In this document: positions 8,181 through 15,858 of the stretch, in pieces
Layout of the letters: the number at the start of each line of letters is the position of its first letter
Numbering within the stretch: the stretch's first letter is position 1
Assembly: GCA_030018575.1 (NCBI GenBank)
Contig: JASEIA010000002.1
Coordinates: forward strand, 1-40,940
Direction of reading: 5' to 3'
Length of the DNA: 40,940 nucleotides
Origin: Nanobdellota archaeon
GTDB lineage: Archaea > Nanobdellota > Nanobdellia > SCGC-AAA011-G17 > GW2011-AR17
Program-made: the position numbers and the translations under genes
Notes under the pieces: model-generated
What the model was told of the DNA's origin: nothing
The model's input: only the letters and a program-made list of their open reading frames with translations
Databases searched by the model: none

Positions 8181-9517
8181 AAATCAGAAAGCCCCTTCTG
8201 TTTGTCTTTATTGTCTGATAAATCTTTTTTAGCTTTTGAAGCTTTAGCTGCCTTTTTTGCCTTCGGCGTTTTTTCTTTAGGTGCCTTTTCTCTCTTAGGC
8301 TTTTCTTCATCCGCATCAGGATTTGCAAAGCCCTCTATATTCCCATACACTCCGTCGTATCCCGGATTTATCTTCACTGTCCTCTCCCTCAAGTCAATTA
8401 TCAGCTTTGCAATCCTTTCATCGCATACCTGCTTTAATTCATCAAAAGAAACATTCATCAGCACATTCAATTCATTCCCGAACTTTTCAATCAAAGGATT
8501 ATATGCGTCCCACACAGCCCTTGTTGCAATTCCTTTTTGAAGCACAGTAGCGATTATCTCAGACAAAGGAATCAGATGGTATGTTTTGGGCGCATCTTTT
8601 CTTACAAACCCGTTTTTCCTGTCTGCCAGCTCCTCAACACGATGCAGTACCCCAATTGTCAAAGGGCTATTGCATACAGGGCAGATATTATTAAGCTTAA
8701 TTGCTTCAGCAGGCTCAAGCTGAACATTGCAGTTCCTGTGCCCGTCAACGTGATACTTCCCATAAGCAGGGTCTGCCTCAATCGTTGCTTTTATTCCTTC
8801 CCCCGTCCTTATTGCCTTTAGAAAGCTCTTGTAGTTCGGCTCTATGCCAAAAATAGTTGCTTCCCTTCCAAGGCGCCATGGCCAGTATGAATGCAAATCA
8901 GAAAAGCTTACAAGGTTGATTTTATCCAGCTTTGAAAGGCGCCAGTTCATCATAGGGTCCGATGATATGCCCGTCTCCAACGCGTGTATGTGTTTCACAT
9001 TATCGCCAAATGCTTCTTCCAAGGAGTCAAACCCGCCGTTAGAGCCGAACACTGCAAACCAGGGCGTCCAGCAATGTGCAGGCACAACTTCAATGTCTTC
9101 AGAAATATTCCGCATCATATCCACAATTTCCTTGCACGGAATCTTGAATATGGGCCTTCCGTCATAATCCACTCTTCCTCTTTTTTTCAAAGCTTCTGTG
9201 ATTTGCTCTGCCACTTTTATTGTCGGCGCGTAAAGCAAAATATGCACTCTCCTTCCCCTTCCGCCTTGCGAATAAATCAGTGAAATCTCTGTTTGTAAAA
9301 TAAAAGGAAATCCTGTTTTAGTGCGAAGAAAGCCGCTTCCATCTTCATTCAGTTCCTCTTTTATGTGCTCAATCCACTTCGGATGCGTAAAATCTCCTGT
9401 CCCAAGCAAAGTAATCCCCTTTACCTTCGCCCACTTTTCAAGCGCTGGAATAGTCAGCTCCTTTGAGCAGGCTCTTGAGTATTTGCCGTGGATATGCAAA
9501 TCAGCAATGAATTCCAT
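8177..9517 (-). CDS. endQ: Endonuclease Q (PHP-domain nuclease with Zn ribbon, COG1379-type)
   Basis: N-terminal PHP motif ADLHIHGKYSRACS. Zn ribbon CNV..CPVCNSPLTIGVLHRVEEL. Lys-rich tail ending QKGLSDF. The gene overlaps the convergent PAC2 gene by 4 nt. Confidence 0.75.
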   Translation of the reverse strand: MEFIADLHIHGKYSRACSKELTIPALEKWAKVKGITLLGTGDFTHPKWIEHIKEELNEDGSGFLRTKTGFPFILQTEISLIYSQGGRGRRVHILLYAPTIKVAEQITEALKKRGRVDYDGRPIFKIPCKEIVDMMRNISEDIEVVPAHCWTPWFAVFGSNGGFDSLEEAFGDNVKHIHALETGISSDPMMNWRLSKLDKINLVSFSDLHSYWPWRLGREATIFGIEPNYKSFLKAIRTGEGIKATIEADPAYGKYHVDGHRNCNVQLEPAEAIKLNNICPVCNSPLTIGVLHRVEELADRKNGFVRKDAPKTYHLIPLSEIIATVLQKGIATRAVWDAYNPLIEKFGNELNVLMNVSFDELKQVCDERIAKLIIDLRERTVKINPGYDGVYGNIEGFANPDADEEKPKREKAPKEKTPKAKKAAKASKAKKDLSDNKDKQKGLSDF

Positions 9518-9540
9518 TGAGGATAATTAATTCCATTATC

Positions 9541-9548
9541 TTTATATA
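9541..9548 (+). promoter_or_regulatory. TATA-box-like element
   Basis: tttatata lies 23-30 nt upstream of ATG 9571, in the divergent intergenic region shared with endQ. Confidence 0.45.
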
Positions 9549-9570
9549 TGCTTCTATGATTATCACCAAT

Positions 9571-10074
9571 ATGGCAATTAAGGGCAACAGGATACACGTT
9601 CCTCTGGAGATAATGGTTTCAGGCTGCAACGGAGAGCCTTTTGCCAGATTTGGTTTTGGCTGTACAAGAGCCAGCGCCGCTATTTTAAATGAGCAGAGGC
9701 AGGCGCTTGTGAAGATTGATTCTGATGATAACTATTCAGTATGGTGCGGCGGGAAAACCTCTGTCTTTCCAAACGACAATGAAGGCACTAATTATTTTCT
9801 TGCAAAAAGAAAGCGTCCGAAGGCCGGAAGGCTGTATTTTGCCACTGATTATGAAGAGGATTCTTCAAAGTTTCAGGAGAATTTGAAGAATATAGAAAAT
9901 TATGTAATCCTCATAAACAAGGACACTTACGTGTTCTGGAAGCCAATAGCATTCCCGACAGAGAAAACATTGTTTGAAATCAGCCATTGCAGGACATGGC
10001 AGTTCAATAACTGGAAGTTCTTTTATGAAGTGAAGAAAAGGAAAACAAAGAAGCAAAAGGCAAATAATCCGTAA
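9571..10074 (+). CDS. Hypothetical protein with a basic C-terminal tail
   Basis: Long ORF. Start taken at MAIKGNRIH on the basis of TATA spacing. No family recognised. The last 20 nt lie inside the left 32-bp direct repeat. Confidence 0.55.
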   Translation: MAIKGNRIHVPLEIMVSGCNGEPFARFGFGCTRASAAILNEQRQALVKIDSDDNYSVWCGGKTSVFPNDNEGTNYFLAKRKRPKAGRLYFATDYEEDSSKFQENLKNIENYVILINKDTYVFWKPIAFPTEKTLFEISHCRTWQFNNWKFFYEVKKRKTKKQKANNP

Positions 10075-10086
10075 AAGAAAAGCCCG
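10055..10086. repeat. Left copy of a perfect 32-bp direct repeat
   Basis: aaaaggcaaataatccgtaaaagaaaagcccg is identical to 10406-10437. Confidence 0.95.
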
Positions 10087-10095
10087 AAGAAATAG

Positions 10096-10362
10096 TTATT
10101 TGAATCCTTTTTCTTTCTTTAGCTGTTCAAAAGCCTCTTCTCTTATCCTTTCGTACTCTTCTTCTGTTGTCTTCTTTTTCTTAAAGATGCCTTTAAACGG
10201 CGCTATTTCTGCAATGGCTTTCCTGTATCTTGCCTCTTCCACCTTGTCCCTTAGCGCAGCCTTTATGAACTCAGTCCTGCTGTAAAAACCGGATTTTGCC
10301 ACTGCGTCTATTTCTTTCAATGCCTCATGCTCTATCTTGAATGTAACCATCAGCGTAGCCAT
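10096..10362 (-). CDS. Ribbon-helix-helix (CopG/Arc-type) DNA-binding protein
   Basis: MVTFKIEHEALKEIDAVAKSGFYSRTEFIKAALRDKV matches the beta-strand/helix/helix RHH pattern. TA-rich promoter-like sequence lies just upstream at 10363-10400. Confidence 0.75.
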   Translation of the reverse strand: MATLMVTFKIEHEALKEIDAVAKSGFYSRTEFIKAALRDKVEEARYRKAIAEIAPFKGIFKKKKTTEEEYERIREEAFEQLKKEKGFK

Positions 10363-10405
10363 ATATAAAATGTATATACGCTGTATATATAAGCTTTCGC
10401 AAGAA

Positions 10406-10437
10406 AAAAGGCAAATAATCCGTAAAAGAAAAGCCCG
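10406..10437. repeat. Right copy of the perfect 32-bp direct repeat
   Basis: Identical to 10055-10086. Confidence 0.95.
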
Positions 10438-10574
10438 CCGTCCGGCATTAATTAAGGCAATCTGTTATTTGGGCATTAAGAGAAGTAATAAATCCGCTGC
10501 AGTATTATACTTTTCACTATACTATCAAGTGATATTTTTACCTTTCGAGGAAGCTTTTCACATACCTAAAACCA

Positions 10575-10705
10575 GGTTCTCTTCAAACTTCGGCATATCC
10601 TACTTTTGGCGGTTCTTGCGCTTGGTGCTATTCCACGGGGCATTTACGCCCAAACCGCAAAAATCGTCTAAGAAAGGTGTCATCTGCCGATGTTTGAACA
10701 ATATC
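10575..10705. repeat. Copy 1 of a 131-bp dispersed element with 14-nt terminal inverted repeats (MITE-like or structured RNA)
   Basis: The 126-nt core 10580-10705 matches 34849-34974 with one substitution (10638 G versus 34907 A). A further mismatch lies in the ggttNtc left flank (10579 versus 34848). The internal ends TTCAAACTTCGGCA and TGCCGATGTTTGAA are inverted repeats with one mismatch. Confidence 0.9.
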
Positions 10706-10760
10706 CTGAAACCATCGATTTTATAAATAAACAGCAATTTACTATTAAGTAATATTTTTA

Positions 10761-13700
10761 ATGTATGGGAGTATTATGGGCGGGTATGACATTACGGAAA
10801 AGGAAATAAGAAGTATAGCAGATTCTTTTGAAATAGTTGAGAGGGGAAGAAAGTATTTTATGAACGGGAATGTCGGCGCCATAAGCTTCTCTGAAGGGGC
10901 AATAACAGCAAAGGTAAAGGGGCATTACGGCACTTACGATGTGGAGATTGAAATAGAAGGAAACAGGGTAACAGAGTATTCCTGCGACTGCCCTTACTAC
11001 GGAGACGGGTGCAAGCATGTAGTGGCTGTTTTATATAAGTTCCTTAGCGTGAAAGACAGGCTGGTTAAAGAACAGAAGCATGATATGCCTGAGAAAGACG
11101 CCTTGCAGTGGCTGAAAGATATTCCGGTAAATGAAGTAAAGGAAACTACTTCTATGGATAATATGGCGCGTGCATTGGAGCTTGTGGATGCAAAAGCAGT
11201 GCATTTGAAATCTATCGACAGGCGCGCTGTGCTCGCGTGTGTCCATGACAGCGGGGAGCGCAATGTGGCTGTCGAGCCTTCTGATGGCTATTGGGGCAAC
11301 AAGCTATTTGAGGCAAGATGCGACTGCGGCAGGGGGTATTATTCTGAAAAATGCGGGCACATAGTAGCTGTGATTCTTGCGGCGCTTAAGCAGGCAGGCA
11401 GGGAAGAGGAAGTTTTAAAGTATGAGAAAAATCTGCGGAATTCGCTTAAAAGGCAAAGCCTCCGCTCTCTTGCAGGGTATCTTGACAACTTTGGGCAGGA
11501 AGAGGCGGCAGCGGATAAGATGTATTTATTCTATGTCAAAGCCGCAAAAATATATGGGAGCATCGTGCTTTCCGTGGAAAAAGCGCAGAAGCTCAAGTCA
11601 GGCTGCTGGGGAAAGCCCTGCGTTGCAGCGGCCAAAGCCATCTTAGAAAATTCAAAGGACTTTTCTGAAAAAGAAAACAGCGTTTTTACATTATTCATGC
11701 ATTCAATGAGGGATGAGAAATATTCCTACTGCAGAAGCAATGAGAAAATGGTAAAGCAGAAATTTGACGGAGCGCTTGACTCAGAGCTTTTCAGCAGGCT
11801 CAGGGAGCTGCACAATGAAAGCCCCGGCTCAGTTGTTGGCTGCGCTTTTCCGCAGGACAAGGCGCGCATTGAAATTGCGCTTGCAAAAGAAACTGAAACA
11901 AAAAAGGATTATATTTTCATGCTGTCAGCGGCTATTGGAGATAAGACATTCCCGCTAATGCGCGGAAAATATGAAATTATGGGGCAAAATCCGCATTGGC
12001 TGTGCATTTTTAACGAAGAAAACAATGCGCACATGTTTTTGGAGCTGGACTGCAGGCAGCCAGAAGCTGTAAAGGCGCTGCTGGCGCACAGTGGAGCAAC
12101 CATAAGCAGAGGCAATGTTAAGGAGTTTGCAGCCAAATACATGCAAAAGCTTTCATGGATAGGAAATATTGCCCTTCCTGAAGATATAGGCGCTGAAGAA
12201 ATATGCATTGAGCCTAAGCCGCGCATTTTTATAACAGAGCAAGGCGGGGCTCCTGCCATTGAGCTTAGATTTTTATATGGGGCAGAAGAAGCGGCTTATG
12301 GAAGAGGGGGAGACCTAATTGCATCCAATGGAAACAAGCTGTGCCGCATTAAAAGAAATTTAGATAAAGAAAAAGAATGGCACGGCATCCTGCTTGAAAC
12401 AGGGGATATGGCTGCGCATGGCAAAGTGATGCTTGTTTCTGATTTGCAGTCATGGCTTGCTGACAATGGCTCGTCTCTTGCAGCAAAGGGATTTGAGGTT
12501 TACGGCGCAGACAGGCTGTTCAAGCGCAAGGTAAGGTTTGATAAGGCGGCGCTGAATATAGAAGTGTCAAGCGGAATAGACTGGTTTGACCTGAAAGGCG
12601 AGGCAAGGTTTGGGGAAGAAAAACTGCCGCTTGGAAGCGTGATGCAGGCCATAGCCAATAATGAACGGTTTGTCAAGCTGAGCGACGGCACAGAAGGCAT
12701 AATACCCAAAAAATGGATTGACAGCCTGTCTTATGCAACCGCCATGATGCAGTGCGATGAAAAAGAGAACAATGTGCGCGCGGCAAAAAGCCAGATTGCG
12801 CTTGTTGAAACGCTTCTTGGGATAGCGGATAAAAAATCCATGGACGAAGGGTTCAGCAAGTTCAAGAAAAAATTTGAAAACTTCAGGGAGATAAAGAAAG
12901 CGCCCCTGCCTGCCGAATTCAATGGCGAGCTGCGCGAATACCAGAAAGCAGGCTATGATTGGATGCATTTCTTGAAGGAATTCTCATTCGGCGGGTGCCT
13001 GGCTGACGATATGGGGCTTGGAAAAACTGCCCAAGTATTGTGCATGCTTCTGCATGAAAAGGAGCAGGGCAATAAGGAGCCTTCATTGATAGTTGTCCCC
13101 ACTTCGCTTGTATTCAACTGGGTTAATGAAGTTAATAAGTTTGCGCCTTCGCTTGAAGTTTATGTGCATCACGGCCATGAAAGGATAAAAATCATCAAGA
13201 AAATAATGGAAAAAAAAGCTGATTTGATTATAACAACATACGGCGTGCTGCGCAATGACGCTGAAATATTCGAAAAGGCGCATTTTCATTACATAGTGCT
13301 TGACGAGTCGCAGAGCATAAAGAACCCCCTGTCAAAAAACTCAAAAAGCGTTTTCGGGCTTAAATCAGGGCACAGGCTTGTGCTTACAGGAACCCCTATT
13401 GAAAACAACACAATGGAGCTGTGGTCACAGTTTGCATTCCTTAACCCGGGGCTTCTTGGAAATATGGGGCATTTCAAAAGAGCATTCGCAAGCAGGATTG
13501 AGAGCGGCAAGGACAATGCAAAAGCAAATGCCCTAAGAGGCATGCTAAACCCGTTCCTGCTGTGCAGGAAAAAAGAAAATGTTGCAAGCGAGCTGCCTGA
13601 AAAGCAGATTACCATGCTTTACTGCGAAATGGAGCCAAAGCAGAGAGAGTTTTATGACTATTGGCGGGAAAGGCTCAGGGATGAAATAAAAGAGACCATA

Positions 13701-14318
13701 AGAACGCAGGGATTCATGCAGTCAAGGATGAAGATACTCGCAGGGCTCACAAAGCTGAGGCAGATATGCAACCACCCGCTTCTTGTTGATGAGAGCTTTG
13801 CAGGAGAGTCAGGAAAGCTCAATCTGCTTATTGAGAATATAACTTCTGTCATAAGCAAAGGGCATAAGTGCCTTATTTTCTCATCATTTGTCAAAACATT
13901 GCACATATTCAGGGAATATTTCACCATGAACAATATCAGCTTTTCTTATCTTGACGGCTCCACCACAAACAGGAAAAATGTAGTAGAAACGTTCCAGAAT
14001 GACAATTCAATAAAGGTGTTTCTTATAAGCCTTAAGGCAGGCGGGCTTGGGCTTAACCTCACTGCGGCTGATTATGTGTTTGTTGTTGACCCCTGGTGGA
14101 ACCCTGCTGCTGAGATGCAGGCAATTGACAGGGCGCACAGGATAGGCCAGGACAAGAAGGTTTTTGTGTATAAGGCAATCACAAAAGACAGCGTTGAAGA
14201 AAAAATTCTTGAGATGCAGCATCAAAAGCTTGATTTGGTGAAAAACATAATAAAAGTGGAAGACGGCATTTTCAAGGCATTGGACCGGGGGGATATACTT
14301 GCATTGTTCGGGCAGTGA
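10761..14318 (+). CDS. SNF2-family helicase/translocase with two N-terminal SWIM zinc fingers
   Basis: SWIM-like motifs CDCPYYGDGCKHVVAVL and CDCGRGYYSEKCGHIVAVIL. SNF2 motifs DDMGLGKT (I), LDESQSIKN (II, DExx), LTGTPIEN (III), and the C-terminal helicase motifs GGLGLNLTAADYV and QAIDRAHRIGQ. Confidence 0.9.
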   Translation: MYGSIMGGYDITEKEIRSIADSFEIVERGRKYFMNGNVGAISFSEGAITAKVKGHYGTYDVEIEIEGNRVTEYSCDCPYYGDGCKHVVAVLYKFLSVKDRLVKEQKHDMPEKDALQWLKDIPVNEVKETTSMDNMARALELVDAKAVHLKSIDRRAVLACVHDSGERNVAVEPSDGYWGNKLFEARCDCGRGYYSEKCGHIVAVILAALKQAGREEEVLKYEKNLRNSLKRQSLRSLAGYLDNFGQEEAAADKMYLFYVKAAKIYGSIVLSVEKAQKLKSGCWGKPCVAAAKAILENSKDFSEKENSVFTLFMHSMRDEKYSYCRSNEKMVKQKFDGALDSELFSRLRELHNESPGSVVGCAFPQDKARIEIALAKETETKKDYIFMLSAAIGDKTFPLMRGKYEIMGQNPHWLCIFNEENNAHMFLELDCRQPEAVKALLAHSGATISRGNVKEFAAKYMQKLSWIGNIALPEDIGAEEICIEPKPRIFITEQGGAPAIELRFLYGAEEAAYGRGGDLIASNGNKLCRIKRNLDKEKEWHGILLETGDMAAHGKVMLVSDLQSWLADNGSSLAAKGFEVYGADRLFKRKVRFDKAALNIEVSSGIDWFDLKGEARFGEEKLPLGSVMQAIANNERFVKLSDGTEGIIPKKWIDSLSYATAMMQCDEKENNVRAAKSQIALVETLLGIADKKSMDEGFSKFKKKFENFREIKKAPLPAEFNGELREYQKAGYDWMHFLKEFSFGGCLADDMGLGKTAQVLCMLLHEKEQGNKEPSLIVVPTSLVFNWVNEVNKFAPSLEVYVHHGHERIKIIKKIMEKKADLIITTYGVLRNDAEIFEKAHFHYIVLDESQSIKNPLSKNSKSVFGLKSGHRLVLTGTPIENNTMELWSQFAFLNPGLLGNMGHFKRAFASRIESGKDNAKANALRGMLNPFLLCRKKENVASELPEKQITMLYCEMEPKQREFYDYWRERLRDEIKETIRTQGFMQSRMKILAGLTKLRQICNHPLLVDESFAGESGKLNLLIENITSVISKGHKCLIFSSFVKTLHIFREYFTMNNISFSYLDGSTTNRKNVVETFQNDNSIKVFLISLKAGGLGLNLTAADYVFVVDPWWNPAAEMQAIDRAHRIGQDKKVFVYKAITKDSVEEKILEMQHQKLDLVKNIIKVEDGIFKALDRGDILALFGQ

Positions 14319-14325
14319 CGGGAAG

Positions 14326-14676
14326 ATGGAATACGCAGGAAAAGAGATTGCATTGGTCATTCTTGAAACAGCGAAGGAGTTTGACGGCAAGATAGGCATA
14401 TGAAAGATGGCTTTGCTGCTTAAAGGCTCTGAGTCAAAGCTTGTAAAGAATATTGAAGCTGGATTTAAGTCCGCTATTTTCTGGCGCCCGGCTGATGCTG
14501 TTGAGAATTTTATAAAGCAGAACCCTGCTTTTTATTGCATCTGCAGCATCTGTGTTTGCATTATCCATAATTGCCGCCTTTTACGCGTTCTCAAGAATTG
14601 CCTTCATATTGACAATCTCAAAGTCCCCGCGGGGCACAATCTTCACGTAGTTTGCCCCATTGTCAGCCATTGCTGA
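14326..14676 (+). pseudogene. Possible degenerate RQC-like winged-helix remnant interrupted by an in-frame TGA
   Basis: MEYAGKEIALVILETAKEFDGKIGI, then TGA (14401-14403), then KMALLLKGSESKLVKNIEAGFKSAIFW..AVENFIKQ. This resembles the RecQ RQC pattern (FG.G.v..vLrGs.s.ki). The tail loses similarity and overlaps the convergent gene. Confidence 0.3.
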
Positions 14677-15774
14677 AATGTCCTTTGAGTATTCAGAAGC
14701 TGAAGTGTCAAAGCTGAACTCTGATTCCTGCACAGACACAGAAGCCTTTTTTCTTCCTGTGTCCCTGAACTTGAACTTCAGGAACAGCTTCTTTGTCCCG
14801 CCCTTAATTGCATTGTACGCATCAGAGTCAACATCGAATGTGAATGACGGATAGGTTGACTTGCCTGTCTCCACTTTCACTGAAACCATATCAAGGCTGT
14901 AATCTCCCTTGTCTATTGAAAACACAAGCCTGTTTCTTCCATCAGATGAAAGGTCTTTCTTGTCCAAAGGCAGTTTAATCTCGCCGTGGAAATCGCAGAA
15001 TATTGTGTCTTTTGAAACAAGATTGCTGTTCAGCTTTATTGCAAGCTGCCCTCTTGGCTCTTGTGCATTGCAGTTAACAATGTATCCCAAGGTTGCCTTC
15101 CTGACAGTGCCTGCCGCTGAATCCACGAAAAAGTTCCTTGATGTTTCTGTCTTCTTAACTGTCTCTTTTTTTATCAGCTTGATGTCCTGCAATAAATAAT
15201 ATGTTGAGGTGTAAAACTCAGACATTGGAGGCAAATTAGTTGAGAATGTTAGCTTGTTGCTTTTCTGCAAATATTCTTTAGGCAAGTCAATAGGCAGCTG
15301 CTCTGATGTCAGTTTACCCTGATATACAATTCTTTCATTAAGCTTTATTGTAAGCATGTTTGTGCCTTCTGCAACAACCATGAAGAGCTTTACAGACGAA
15401 ACCTTGTCCATGTTGTCAATTGTGAAAAGCACGTTCTTGAAATTGTCCTTTATCAGGTTTCTTGAAACAGAAAGCGATTTTACAAGAGGGCTCTGCGTTG
15501 TCTCATCCTTGAGATACAAATGCACAGGCTCTAGATTGAATGTGTTTATGTTCTTGGAGTATGCAAATACCTGCCCAGGGGATTCTGAAAACAGCACCTT
15601 TGCGCCTTCTGCAACAGAAACTTCCCCTCCGTCTGTGGTTGTTGAGCCTTCTCCAAGAATCTCTTCCCTCTCGCCTGGAGGCAGCAAAACAATGTATAAT
15701 ACGATAAAAAGAGCCATAAGTATGATAAATGTGGCCACTTCTGCCGCTGCATCGCCTTTTCTGTTAAGCTTCAT
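14581..15774 (-). CDS. N-terminally anchored extracellular protein with a possible type IV pilin-like (class III) signal
   Basis: The N-terminus is MKLNRKG DAAAE VATFIILMALFIVLYIVLL: basic residues, then Gly, then Glu at +5, then a hydrophobic helix. The rest is beta-rich with no recognised domain. Confidence 0.6.
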   Translation of the reverse strand: MKLNRKGDAAAEVATFIILMALFIVLYIVLLPPGEREEILGEGSTTTDGGEVSVAEGAKVLFSESPGQVFAYSKNINTFNLEPVHLYLKDETTQSPLVKSLSVSRNLIKDNFKNVLFTIDNMDKVSSVKLFMVVAEGTNMLTIKLNERIVYQGKLTSEQLPIDLPKEYLQKSNKLTFSTNLPPMSEFYTSTYYLLQDIKLIKKETVKKTETSRNFFVDSAAGTVRKATLGYIVNCNAQEPRGQLAIKLNSNLVSKDTIFCDFHGEIKLPLDKKDLSSDGRNRLVFSIDKGDYSLDMVSVKVETGKSTYPSFTFDVDSDAYNAIKGGTKKLFLKFKFRDTGRKKASVSVQESEFSFDTSASEYSKDISAMADNGANYVKIVPRGDFEIVNMKAILENA

Positions 15775-15858
15775 AGCCTAGAGAATACCTTTATTAATAT
15801 TTAAACCTTTTCTATCCTGGCTATTTAATGCCATTTTTGGCAAAATAAGGCAAAAAAC

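Noticed and set aside
10575-10705. Possibility that the 131-bp element is a 5S rRNA gene, given its size and paired ends
   Set aside because: The minus strand contains a weak GAACCGCC-AAAAGUAGG resemblance to the 5S loop C region. However, it is at the wrong end of the molecule, and the loop E and helix IV/V patterns are not recognisable. Two copies in unrelated contexts fit a mobile or novel element better. Only an Infernal search can settle this.
10337-10726. Track ORFs 10337..10726 and 34807..34992 share the peptide SNFGISYFWRFLRLVLFH.AFTPKPQKSSKKGVICRCLNNI
   Set aside because: The shared peptide is just the translation of the 131-bp repeat. The repeat contains no start codon in that frame, and the flanking parts of the two ORFs are unrelated. 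The composition (Cys/Phe/Arg/Leu-rich) is unlike the other proteins here. It is treated as non-coding repeat sequence.
14401-14403. Genome-wide reassignment of TGA to a sense codon, as an explanation for the in-frame TGA
   Set aside because: Several well-conserved genes in the window end at TGA exactly where their families end (SNF2 at 14316-14318, L18e at 29000-29002, MNT genes at 2631-2633 and 6900-6902). TGA therefore functions as a stop codon here.
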